NCBI RefSeq assembly: GCF_018350175.1
Contig: NC_058368.1
Location: 36,768,001 to 36,832,000 of the forward strand
Length of the DNA stretch: 64,000 nt
From: Felis catus
Lineage: Eukaryota
Direction of reading: 5' to 3'
Shown: positions 1-11,440 of the stretch, one piece after another
Numbering within the stretch: the stretch's first letter is position 1
Layout: the number at the start of each line of letters is the position of its first letter
Notes under the pieces: generated by a model
Databases searched by the model: none
Told to the model about the DNA's origin: nothing
The model's input: only the letters and a program-made list of their open reading frames with translations
Made by a program: the position numbers and the translations under genes

Positions 1-2169
1 GGGGAAGGCAGAGACGAAGCCGAAATGCCCAGGGTTGCAAAGTCCTTTATCGAGTTAAGTCAAAATATTAATGGAACTGTTTATGGCTCTGTAGCAAAAG
101 TGGGGTTCATTTCCCTGATGCACGGTGTCCCCTGGGTTTGTCCCGTCACCTCCCACTTCTGCCAGCATCCCTGTCTCTGGTGTGCATCATGAGTAACTGA
201 GTCTTAAGCTTTTCCTTTGCTCTGGCTCCCATGCTCTGCACTCAGGCAGAGCCCTGGAAATCTTATCATACCTTCTACAAGTTGCAATTCCCAGCTAGTT
301 TTAACTGTTCAACCTAGAGTGGAGGCTGAATGTATTTAAAGAGGGATATCAGGGGCTCAGCTATTTTGCAATCAATCAAAATCTTTCATGATCACATTGT
401 AGATTACTTCAGTTAGAAAGAAACCATGGCTGTGACAAGTAGGGGTTATGGCAAGTCCTGCATCCCTCATCTTCTCCTGTCTGGATGCATTTTAAATATG
501 GGATAGATGAATCCTTTCCATAAAGCACGGACATAAAAAAATCAATAATCAATTTACTTTTACCTATGCTGCACAAATAATAAAGCCAAAGAATTTCAGT
601 ATTCTTCATAAGAGTTTTCCTTTTCCCCAAATGCAAACTTTTATTCCAAAACTTTTCTTTTAGTGCTATAGCAAAAAGTTAGCTTCAAATAGATGCTAGT
701 ATGGTGTTAATTCCCACTGATCTCCTTTTAACAAGTGGGGCTGGTTTGAGGAGCAGTGTTATAGCCACTAACCTGGAGCACAAGGCCAGGGTCCAGGGCT
801 GCGCCACCTTTTTAAGGACACAAATGTCTTATAAGAAGTTTAGGTAAAAATCTTTTCACTTTGTAGTCCTTTAAAATTGAATCCATTGAGTACTGTTTAG
901 CATTTTCTTGACATCCAAGATTCATCTTGGAAATTTCATGTATTGCATTATGCTGAAATGCAATGATTTTTCTCTGGGTGTTTGTCTAAAGTGGTTTACA
1001 TCTGTACTCAGTGATGCTGGATGGCTATGTCCGAGGTCTGCTGCTCCTCCCCCCCCCCCCATTTCTTCTCTTTTGTCAAATTGTAGTGTTATATTTACTC
1101 TCCTTAGTGTGTTCTCCCTTCTGATTTTTTTAAGTATAATTTTGCATAGAATGAGAAACCAGATGACAGAGCATATTAGAAGTAGAAAATAAGAGTAAAG
1201 GTAAATGGTGACCGAGGAACTCTATTGAGTAACTTTCATGAACTTTCACTGAATATGTATTGTGTGTTTTGTCTTCCACCTTTTAGTCCTAACAACCAAA
1301 CTTCTAGAGAAATGACCTGCATTTCCTATCTCTTAGACAATTTCTCATACTCTTCAATACATGGATTGTTTCCCTTTCCTTTAGAAATGAGACTACCTTT
1401 ACTTTAAAATTATAAATAAAATTAAATTTTCTCTTTTGGTGATTTTTTTTCCCATTCCCTTTGGGGCCTCTTCTTTCTCCCTCCTCTTATGGAACATTTT
1501 GCTTTGTCCTCATTTCTGCACACTGTCTTGGTGAGCCATCCGAGGGTGATTGCGTAAGGTCTCTTGGGCATAACATGGGAAAGGAGGATGGCTAGATGTA
1601 GCTTTCATGGGCATAAGGGAGAGCCAGAGCTCAAAAGGACTGGTGGTGGAGCAAGCTGTGACCTTGGGGGAGAGAGTGGGTGGCCTGGTCGAGTAGTAAC
1701 AGGGCAGTAGATGGAAGCTTATCCAAGCACATGCAGATGCTAGAGCTGGACTCAGTTCCCAGATGTAGGCACTGGATGTAATAGAGCAGGGAGAAGGTGC
1801 CCAGCAGCTGGCACAGTGGGGGTACTGAGCATACACTTACTACTCCTGCATGGGTCTTCACAAGCTACTTATGATGTGAAGGTGGAGATAATACAATCAC
1901 TTACTCACATTCAAGGCTGGAGCAGTGACTGGTACACAACTCTGCTAGCCCTCTGGGTGGGCTACCCTCTCTCACTTTATTGATATTTGAGATTGGATCA
2001 GTATAGCTTGTATGTCTATATAGAAAACAGAGTTTGAAGAAGGGAAAAGCAAGTACAAACTATTTTATTTAATGGGATAAGTGTTACAAAATGCATGACT
2101 GCTACCTTGACACTGATGACTCTCAAATCAGTTTCATTCCAGACAGCTGGGTATAATATAGCTGACTTG

Positions 2170-2480
2170 TGAAGCACAGTGTGTCCAAAACTGACCTCCT
2201 CCTCCTCCCACACTCATTTGGTGGCATCACAACCCACGTAGTCACACAAACCAAAAAGCTGGGAGTCATTCTAGACTCCTCCTTATCTTTCTTTTCCTAG
2301 CATGTGGTCACTCAGCCCAGCAGCTCTGACTCAACACTGTCATTTCCTTTCTCATTATCCAACTGCTACTACTCTCTATCAGATTAACCGAATTCCTCAT
2401 CTGTACTGGGACCTTCATTTTTAAACTTGTCTCTCTTTTATGATGACCTTGGAATGTACTTTCTCTCACAGTCTTTGGTC
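2170..2480 (+). mobile_element. L2 LINE fragment (ancient)
   Basis: Degenerate L2-like stretch GGTGGCATCACAACCCACGTAGTCACACAAACCAAAAAGCTGGGAGTCATTCTAGACTCCTCC; boundaries approximate. Confidence 0.5.
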
Positions 2481-2503
2481 ATACTGATACACTTGTTAAA
2501 ATA

Positions 2504-2834
2504 CAGGTGACCTTTGAACAACACTGGTTTGAGCTGTGTGGGGCCACTTTCAAGTGGCTTTGAAAAAAAATAAATACAGTACAGTGCTGTAAATGAATTT
2601 TCTCCTCCTTATGATTTTCTTAACATTTTCTTTTCTCTAGCTTTATTGTAAGAATATAACATATACATAACACACAGAATGTGTGTTAGTAGGCTGGTTG
2701 TATTATTGGTAAGGCTTCTGGTCAACAGTAGGCTATTAATAGTTGAGATTTTGGGGAGTGAAAAGTTACATGTGGGTTTTTGATTGCACGGAGGGTCGAC
2801 AGTCCTAACCCCCATGTTGTTTGAGGGTCAACTG
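2504..2834 (+). mobile_element. Tigger2a-like non-autonomous TcMar-Tigger DNA transposon
   Basis: Terminal inverted repeats CAGGTGACCTTTGAACAAC ... GTTGTTTGAGGGTCAACTG with TA immediately 5'; internal GGTAAGGCTTCTGGTCAACAGTAGGCTATT typical of Tigger2a. Confidence 0.85.
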
Positions 2835-3511
2835 AATTTGATAATAAGCCTAGAATTAACGAAGTTGTTAAATGAAACAAAAACATATACTTAACCCCGA
2901 AGTTATTAAAAATGTGGATAATGCTCCTGTTGGGATCAAGGGTTAAGATTTATTATGCGATATACATGTGTTAGTAAGTGTTATAAATGAAGGCTAGCCA
3001 GGAGTGTAAAGACATAAGGTTGAATGAAGACGACTCCAAATTCTAAAATTATGAGTGCTGAAATAATAAATGCAATTGGATCCAGTTAGGGACTAATTGG
3101 GATCAGGACTACTGTAATTTCTTGATGCAGGTAAATTAATAAATGACCTGTTATGCTATTTGTTAAATATTATATCAGTTTCACAGCCGAAGCTATTAAG
3201 AAAAAGCCTGATAGTTTCAATCATTACTAGTATAGGGATAAGTGGAATTGGTGATAAAAAGCATGTTAGTGAGACTATAGTTTTGTGGCAGAAGCCAGTA
3301 ATTATTGTCCTTGCTTATAATGGAATTGCTTTTCCTAATTTTATGGAAGTTCCTTTACCTCAACCTATGATATGGTTCTTTACTGAGGGTCCTTTATTAT
3401 TTATTGAGTGCCTGCTATGGGCTGGGCACTAGGCTGGCATAATGTGGATACAGTGATGGTAAGCTGACATAGTATCTGTTCTCCAACTGAAATCTAAACA
3501 AAACAAGCTCC

Positions 3512-3617
3512 TTTTTTTTTTTTTTTTAAAGTGGGCTCCACACCCAACACGGGGCTTGAACTCATGACCTTGAGATCAAGAGTTGCATGCTCCACCAGCT
3601 GAGCCAGCCGGGCTCCC
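3512..3617 (-). mobile_element. Short old-type CanSINE
   Basis: Poly-T followed by GTGGGCTCCACACCCAACACGGGGCTTGAACTCATGACC...GAGCCAGCCGGGCTCCC, the reverse complement of the tRNA-derived CanSINE head. Confidence 0.85.
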
Positions 3618-3956
3618 TCAAAACAAACAGCCTTCTAAAGAACAACGGCAGCATACATAATCCTGCCTAACACAATACAGTTGTTCGTATATATAAAGTC
3701 CTTTCCCCAAATGGTGAGACCTCTAGTTCCAATAGTCACTGTACCATCTCAGTGACATTTATTCCTCTTCGAGTTTAGTCACAATCCTATCTTGATGTCT
3801 TTAACCTGAGGAACAAATTGTAAATTCAGTATCAGCAAAAATTTACATAAAATATTAGGGGAAAAAGAACGTGGTTAATAAATATAATGCGAATATTGTA
3901 TATATGATACTGTACATATAAAGAGCAAAGAAGAAAGATACATAGCTCCTATAGTC

Positions 3957-4166
3957 TTTTTTTTTTCCTTTTCCTTTTCCTTTTTAAAAAGGTTTGAGGC
4001 AGAGACCAAGTGAACGGAAGAGGGGCAGAGAGAGAGAGAATCTCAAGCAGGGCCTGCACTGTCAATGCAGAGCCCAAAGTGGGGCTCAAACTCAGGGTTT
4101 GTGATATCATGACCTGAGCCGAAATCAAGAGTCAGACACTGAACTGACTGAACCACCCAGGCACCG
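3957..4166 (-). mobile_element. CanSINE (older feliform subfamily)
   Basis: T-rich tail, (GA)n, ATGACCTGAGCCGAAATCAAGAGTCAG...CCACCCAGGCACC; degenerate TSD CCTATA. Confidence 0.9.
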
Positions 4167-4169
4167 TGC

Positions 4170-5410
4170 CCTATAAGCTTTTTCTGCACCTGGCCATGAG
4201 GGTATAATTGGTACTTATATCATATTAACTATTTTATGTTTTCTTTTTTCCAAAGCCAGTACCTCAGTTTGTTTATAATTTTAATTTAATTTAATTTTTT
4301 TAACCTTGGTTAGTTGGGATGACTCCAAACCTCAATCCTGAGGCACTAGGAACCTTGGTAGTCCTGCTTGTACTGGATTATTCTATTTTCCATCAACTTT
4401 TGCCAGTAGACATGGCATTACCAGAAAAGAGATGCACTTCTCATTTTCTTTGTGTAAAACAAAATATTGATTACTTGAAGCACCACAAAATCTTCTACTT
4501 CTTCTCTTCCCCCTCCCCCTCCTTCCTCCCTCCCCTTCCCCCTTCTCCTCTTCCCTGTCCCTATTTGTTTCATGACTTTAACTGCTTCAAATGCTTTTAA
4601 GGGCCATATGACTGCCTCAGCTTCAAGTTCAGTAGAACCAATAAGACAGCTAAACCAGTAAAATCTAAAGTTTTGTGTCATGAAACAAAACTTATGTTTC
4701 GCCAATTACATATAACAAGTGCTTCCCCCACCAAACACATGAATCCTATCATCTCTAGAAGAAACTGTACCATGTAATAATTGCTGATCCAGAGCACATA
4801 CTATGTCGAGTTCTTCACTAGGAGAACACTCCCACTTTGCAAGGTGTTGCCTAGAAGCTGATGCAGTTAACTGAGTCTTCAAGAAGCAAGTATGTTCTGT
4901 GAAGTCACCTGCTTTTGTGTGATGATACATGAAAATATAGTAGGTGCCAGCTGTTTAAGCTCACTTTTTTTGGTCCTAAAATGCAGTCCTTGGTCAAGAA
5001 GCAGAGCTGCTTGGAATAACATCAATAATAGAGTAACAATAATGGCATTGCAATAAAGGTTTCATAAGCCCATGGATAGTGTTGCTGAGAGAACACTGGT
5101 CTTTGTTGCAGTGTAGACAAGTGCTCTCCATGATGACAGTTTATTATAATCATCCTGCAAGCAGATGGCTGGTTAGTTGTTCTAGAATCTATGGTTGCAG
5201 ATAGGGCACTCAGCAGTTACAGTACCAGATGAACAATGATGATAAGAAAACCATATTGTTGATCCCATTTATTGCATCCACTCATACAACCAGAGCCACT
5301 TTTACATGGCCCCATTGATACAACACTGGGGTGGCGCTGAAAATGTGGTAACTGACATCTACAGAGTTGTTCACCCTGTTTACTTGCTTTAAATTTCACC
5401 TCTGGTGAAT
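4170..5410 (-). mobile_element. Degraded ERVL internal segment: integrase, dUTPase-like region and pol C-terminus (relic 1)
   Basis: Manual minus-strand translation gives QVNRVNNSVD..ATPVLYQWGH..WDQQYG..TAECPIC (HHCC zinc finger), ORF 4706-4930 YHHTKAG..LKTQL..VCALDQQLLHGTVS..RIH, LNLKLR, and EVLA..YQLYPHGQVQK. These are collinear with ERVL pol; many stops and frameshifts. Confidence 0.8.
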
Positions 5411-6394
5411 ATTTACAAATACAATAGAAGTATTTTCACACTTTGTGTCCCTTCTATAAAGTCCATTCACATTGCTCTTCCCCACGCCTTTTTGTCAGTA
5501 ATTCTAATTTTTTCTAAGCCCCTTGACACTTAGCCAGTGTGGATCCATATTTCATCTCTTCTTCCATAGGGAGTGGAAAATTGACTGGAACATTCAGTTT
5601 TCTATGAAACTGTTCTGACAGTTGCCCTTCACACTGTCTTTTTCAGAGCCAACGAGAGTGTTGGATTTGCATCTACGTGGCTTTTGTTCACATTACCATT
5701 GTTTTGGAGGCCTATTAATTTGGTAACTTGTAATTTGTTGTTTTAGGTATATCTATTGATTGTATGGTGGTTGAATAGGGAGGAGCTGATGTTTTTAATT
5801 TGCTATCTTCCTACAAATTGTTATGCATGCAACATTAAGCGTTTTTTTTTTTTTTTTTTTGGTATTCATTATAGTTTAACAGAAGAGTGAAATACATTTA
5901 TTTCACTACAGAATCCATTGAACTCTGCCTTACTTAAAGAAGAATTTTGGGAAAATTAAATTTTCTATTTTGAAAGCCTCACAAAATGGGATTCCATTTT
6001 AGAATATCTCATAAAATGTCAACAGAATAAGCCCAGCAAAATGCCCTCCATTTCCTTCAATATAAGTCATATGTCAGGTAAAATGTATGAGCATATGACA
6101 GAGTATTGCAGGAAGATTTTGACCTCCACTGTGTGGAGCATTGTGGTCACAGGGATATGTTCTCATTGGTATGATTTTTCTTATTTGTCAACTATATGAT
6201 GGCTCCAAATTGTAAAACACATCGGTTGAACTTAGTTTTTAACGTGTGGTATTACTTGGAAGATACTGGACTCATAAATTGTATTAAAATCTAAATGGTG
6301 TCTTGTAGTCTGTAATATGGATAATATTACTCCAGTGGTGTTTGTTTTATGTTTACTGATTTGTGTATGTGGCCTTCAGAAAACAACACTGAGC

Positions 6395-6415
6395 TTTTTT
6401 TTTTAAGTTTATTTA

Positions 6416-6456
<41 letters not shown>

Positions 6457-6634
6457 GCGAGTGAACAAGTGGGGGAGGGGCAGAGAGAGAGAGAGGAAGA
6501 GAGAAGATCCCAAGCAGGCTTTGTACTGTCAGCACAGAGCTGGACGTGGGGCTTGAATTCATGAACCCTGAGATTGTGACCTGAGCCGAAATCAAGAGTT
6601 AGACACTTAACCAACTGAGCCACCCAGGAGCCCC
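6395..6634 (-). mobile_element. CanSINE
   Basis: Poly-T/TTTATTTA tail, long (GA)n, head ending CTGAGCCACCCAGGAGCCCC. Confidence 0.95.
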
Positions 6635-6699
6635 AAATGCTGAACTTTTAAAGGGGGGAAAACACTAATAATATCTCTTTTAATTTTTTTTAATTTTTA

Positions 6700-6915
6700 A
6701 AATATATATATATTTTAATGTTTTTATTTATTTTTGAGAGAGAGCGAGAATAAGTCAGGAAGGGCAAGAGCAAGAGGGAGACACAGAATCTGAGGCAGGC
6801 TCCAGGGTCTGAGCTGTCAGCACAGAGCCTGACACAGTGCTCAGACCTGTGAACCATGAGATCACGAACTGAGCCGGAGTCAGATGCTTAACTGACCGAG
6901 CCACCTAGGTACCCC
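6700..6915 (-). mobile_element. CanSINE, apparently inserted in the tail of the next SINE
   Basis: GAGACACAGAATCTGAGGCAGGCTCCAGG..GAGCCACCTAGGTACCCC; a similar AATTTTTT..TTTTTAAA tract lies on both sides. Confidence 0.9.
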
Positions 6916-6921
6916 CCAAAA

Positions 6922-7136
6922 TTTTTTATTTTTTAAATATTTATTTTGAGAGAAAGAAAGAGAGTTTACATGTGGGTGGGGGAGGGACAGAGAGAGAGGG
7001 AGAGAGAGAGAATCCCAAGCAGGTTCCATGCTCATCAGAGAGCCTGATGTGGGGCTCCATATCACCACTATGAGATCATGACCTGAACTGAAACCAAGAG
7101 ATGGACATTGAACTGACTGAGCTACCCAGGCGCCCC
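6922..7136 (-). mobile_element. CanSINE (older)
   Basis: GAGAGAATCCCAAGCAGG..GAGCTACCCAGGCGCCCC; TCTCTTT flanks near 6674 and 7143 bracket both SINEs. Confidence 0.9.
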
Positions 7137-7479
7137 ATGAGTTCTCTTTCGATAAAGAATTTGTACTTGGCTATCATTTTTGAAACATCTTAATATGCAA
7201 GATGGGTTTACAGTTGTTCAAGTGTATATTTCTTTGTACAAATAGTAAGTTGAAGAGAGAGACTTTCAATAGTGAAATAAAATTTCAGTAATGAAATAAG
7301 CTTGACAATTCCATTCAACTCAAATATAATAAATGAAATGAACAGTCTACAATTTGTTCTGCTGAAATGCATGTTTATCTAATGTGGATTAGCTCATATG
7401 CATTTGGTAAATAGGGCATGATGTCAGCATAACATGGAAGGTAGATGTTATGTCCCAACATGCCAGTGTTTTGTAGCTA

Positions 7480-7875
7480 TCAGATGTAAACTTTTACACA
7501 GTTGAGAAGAAAGTCTTAGCAATTAGAAATGCCTTAATAAAATAGCTGAAAATTGCTGCAGAAGTGACTTCCTTTCCTGGAAGACAGTGGCTTTCTGGCT
7601 TAGGAAATGGTATGATCTCCACTGTGTGAAGCTATCTGGGGAAGCTGCAAATGCAGAAGCAGCGGGTGAAAATACATTTCTCCAGTGTTGAAAAAATTAA
7701 TGGAGAAGAATATCCTTGGATCAAATTTTTAATTTTCACATAGTTGGCCTCTATTAGAAATGAATTCTGCAAGGATCGACATCTCAAAGTAGGAAGCATG
7801 TGCCCAAGGGTACAAGATTGCAAAGGATGTACTGGAGATGATTTTAGGTGGAAATGCCAGTGGAGGCTTAACTGT
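7480..7875 (+). mobile_element. Degraded Tigger/pogo transposase relic (end of CENP-B-type HTH to start of DDE)
   Basis: Translation with frameshifts: VEKKVLAI..FPGRQWL / LHCVKLSGEAANAE / LKKLME / DQIFNFHIVGLY*K / AQGYKIAKDVLEMILGGNASG, collinear with the Tigger motifs GEAASAD, QIFNVDETGLYWK and PGFKAAKDRLTLLLGGNASG. Confidence 0.75.
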
Positions 7876-8234
7876 GCTAGTGGATTTATCAGGATTGGGA
7901 TTGGTTTTGTCTGTCATCTGGTTACAGAGTCCTGTGGGTTTTGACTGGTCTGCCACAGTCCTGTTTCTCTCATAAGAACATGAGGTTTCTCAGTAAGGCA
8001 TATTTAGCCGTAGAGCAGAAATCTCTCTACTTTGGTTAGGAAGGTTGGAGTAAACCTCTCTTAGTGAAAGGGACAGTGATTTGTAAAGTGGCAAATTACT
8101 GTAACCATTTCATCTGATAAGCTATTGTGCAGATAAAATGAGATCACATATGTGATTTATAACTTTTAAATCATTTTATTTCTTGTTGGGAAATCTCTCA
8201 AGGGTTTCTACTAACTTTTTTTTGGTCATTTTTT

Positions 8235-9460
8235 AAATATTCAGCAAACCTCTGGAAAGTACTACCTCTTTGTAAAGCACTGTGCTAGATACTGTGGATA
8301 AAATGAGCAAAATTGCCATGGTCCTGCCTTTGTGGAGATTACAGTCTGGTGGGGGAGATGGAGTTAAACAGGATAATCACAGAAATTGTTGTTTAGTTCA
8401 AAGCTATGAAAGAAATGAACATATAGTATGAGTATATAGTACAGCATCTTGATCTTGACTATGGCATTGAGGAATGCTCTTCTGAGGAAGGGCTAATCAC
8501 AAATTAGATTAGCCTGAATAGAAGTTAATTAGATGAGTGTGGGTGTGTATGCACGTGTGCATATGTGTGTACACATGTACACATGTGCAGGCTCATTTCA
8601 GACATGAGGGCAGGCTTCTTGCAGACAGGGAAGCAGTGTGTACAGAGGACCTATGGTGGAGAAGAGGATAGATCCTGGAGGGAAGGCTTATGTTCCTGTG
8701 GTTCCTGGAAGGGAAGGGTGTGACCGATAGGGTCTCGACCTGGCAAAGCCTCATGGTTCATTGTAATGATTTCGAGCTTAAATCTGAGAACAGTGGAACT
8801 CACTGAAGAATTTTAAAAGTCATAAAATCAGGTCTGTATTCTGAAAAGACACTTCTTGCTTCTGAGAAGAACAGATTATAAAGATGCACAAAGGGTCTTG
8901 TGGAGTCCAGTTAGAGGCTATTATGGTAGTCCAGGACTTTTTCTTCAAGACTGCCATGCTATCCCTGTCACTTTGGAATAGGATGGTGGCAGTGGAAATG
9001 CACAGATGTAGGAATTTAAGAGCTATTATCAACTGAACAAACTAAATTGGTTATAAGGGGTAAGGAGAAGACTTGTAACAAAGATTACATCTAGGTTTCT
9101 ACTTTGAGGAACTGAATTATAGCAGTGTAATTCACTGAGTTGAACACTAGATTTCCGGGAACAGATAGTGAATTTGGTCTTGGACATATGTCTGAGGTAC
9201 CTTGGAAATTTCCAAATGAAGATGTTGAGCAGCAAGTTAGATATATAGATCTGGAGTTCAAGGAAAAGTTTAACTTGGGTTGGAGTATGAATTTGCAAAC
9301 ACTTGCATTAATTGCTCATTGAATCTATGTGTCCTAATGAGATTGCTAATGGAGAGAGTACAGACTGGAAAAAATAAGAAGGCTGAGCTTCAAGGTACCA
9401 TTAAGAAGTAGGTAGAGGAAGATGAACTAGCAGAGAATTTGAATGAATAAAGAAATAGGA
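8235..9460 (-). mobile_element. L2 LINE 3' portion
   Basis: AGCACTGTGCTAGATACTGTGGATA..GGTCCTGCCTTTGTGGAGATTACAGTCTGGTGGGGGAGA and GATGTTGAGCAGCAAGTTAGATATATAGATCTGGAGTTCAAGG are typical of antisense L2. Confidence 0.75.
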
Positions 9461-9984
9461 GGAATGTATGGCATGACTAGAGCCAAGCAAAGTGAGGATT
9501 TCGAGAGCCCTCGCTCTTTATTCATGCTAATAGGAATAAATGTTTCAAGTAAGAGGGACAGAGAAGAGAATTTTTATAGTGTAGGTTTCCTGTGCCTTAG
9601 TCTCCATGGACAGAAATTGGCAATATTTTAAGTTGTGTGAGCCCAGTATAGACTTGGTTTCTGACACATATAGGAAATCTACATTTTAACCCATCTGTGA
9701 GAATTATGTTCAATAAGATGGCTTTCTGATAAATAAGATTTCTCTTTCAGGTGTTTTATATATACAGAGCTGCATTCTAGCTGTATGCCTCTCTACCTGA
9801 TGCTTATTGTTTTCCTAGGTTAGTTATAATTCCCGTTTGATGTTTTGTAAAACTTAAAAATTGAATGATAAGGCTAAGCACTATGAACACACATAATACT
9901 AGACATAGAAAGAGGAAAAATAGTTAATAAATATAGATATATTCAGAAAGCAAGGAAGACAAAATGTATAGCCATTTCTGTCTT

Positions 9985-11440
9985 TGTGTCTACAGTGGGT
10001 TATGTGGCTATACTTGGTATTTATGAGTTCTTTCTTCCAATATCCATTCCATGTTCTTTTAAAATATATCAGTACCTCAGCTGGTTAGATTTCTCTACCT
10101 GGTAGAGTGACTCAAAACCTTAATTCCTGAAGGATCAAGGAATTAGTAGTCCTTCCTGCACTGGGTTACTGGTGTGTCGCATTAACTTTTATTCTTTGGA
10201 CTTTTGCTTTCTGGGTTCCCTATATTCCGTTTCTCTGTTGCAGAGAAGCAACACAATTCTCCCCTTAATAATAAGGATCAATTACCCTAGAAACTTCATA
10301 AGCCTCATTTTTTCCAGTTAAGTGGCATGAAGAATCAAATGTGGCTGGGTAGCCATCTCAGCCTCTAGTTAAGAGGAAGTCTTGTCTGCTTCCTGGTAGA
10401 AATATCCCTTTTTTGGGAACTAAGACATCAAGAGTAGCACAAAGATGTTGGGACATGGGAAGCAAACACTTTGCAAGTATGTTATTAGGGTTAATAGTGA
10501 AGTGAATCACTGCCACTTCTACCACCTAATTCTCAGAAACCATGTGTTGTTTGCCGGTTCAGAGCATGCATTGCATTTTTAGGACAGCACATACAGTGGA
10601 TATTGTGATGCATCACCCAGATCCTTCCTTAAGGAATAAAATACTCATTCCCTCAGCTGCTGGGGGTGCTTCTGGCACAGAGCCTTTAGCTTTTACCCCT
10701 TTTTGGAATTGCTGCAGCTGAAGAAAGCTACCTCTTTCAAGATCTCATCCCTTCCCAGGACCTAGTGCATTGAATGAATGACTGGTTAACATAGGGTTAT
10801 AAAGGCTTAATCCTCTTGCTCTAGCTCTGGATGATTTTATCTTCAGTACCCTAGACAAGGTTAACTGAGGCTTCTGTTGGACCTATATTGTTAGCTCAGC
10901 TTCTGTCTCTGTTCAATCCTGTTTCCTTCCATGTGTTTGATAGACATTGATTCCAAGACTTTCTATTGTGCTAATCAGACTGACAGAATCAGCTTCCCAA
11001 GGAGCCCAACCTGCAAGAGACTGTAGCCCACAAGACAACCCAACTAACCAGGCAACCAAGTCTTCAATGGACTAGTCTACTGTTCTATCAAACCACCTGT
11101 TTCGATTTTCAGGGTAAGACTAATTAATCCCGTGGATGTGAGCTTATTTCTTTTCTCCTTTTGCTGAGGCATGTGTTCTCTTGTCAGAAGGAATGGCATG
11201 TGGAGTAATGAGGGGAATGAAATATTCCCATAGTCTGTATTTGTTGTTGCTGGCAAAAGCATTTTAGGCAGGGAAGGCACAATCATATACTGAATAGGTA
11301 TATGTTCCACTAAGGATAGATCAATGCCCCTTCCATAATGGAAAAGATCCAATGTAAGCAACCTGCTACCAAGGGGCTGGCTGGTTTCTCTAGGGAATAG
11401 TGGTACATTGAGGGCTCTGCATCTCATGGGAAAGACATAC
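9985..11440 (-). mobile_element. Degraded ERVL internal segment: integrase core, dUTPase and pol C-terminus (relic 2), split by LTR16A
   Basis: Minus-strand translation: TIP*RNQPAPW*QVAYIGSFPLWKG..GTYTYS..AFPA*NA..PHAIPSDKRTH (about 11420-11170), ETGGLIEQ..LKT, HALNR, LDVLVPKKG..LPG..N*RLR..VIDPYY (dUTPase, about 10550-10260), PAEVL..MEWILEE..HKYQ; collinear with ERVL pol. Confidence 0.85.
10593..11018 (+). mobile_element. LTR16A-like ERVL solo LTR nested in the integrase relic
   Basis: CCCAGATCC..ACTCATTCCCTCAGCTGCTGGG..GAATTGC..TTATAAAGGC..CAATCCTGTTTCCTTC..AGCTTCCCAAGGAGCCCAACCTGCAAGA matches the LTR16A layout. Confidence 0.8.
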
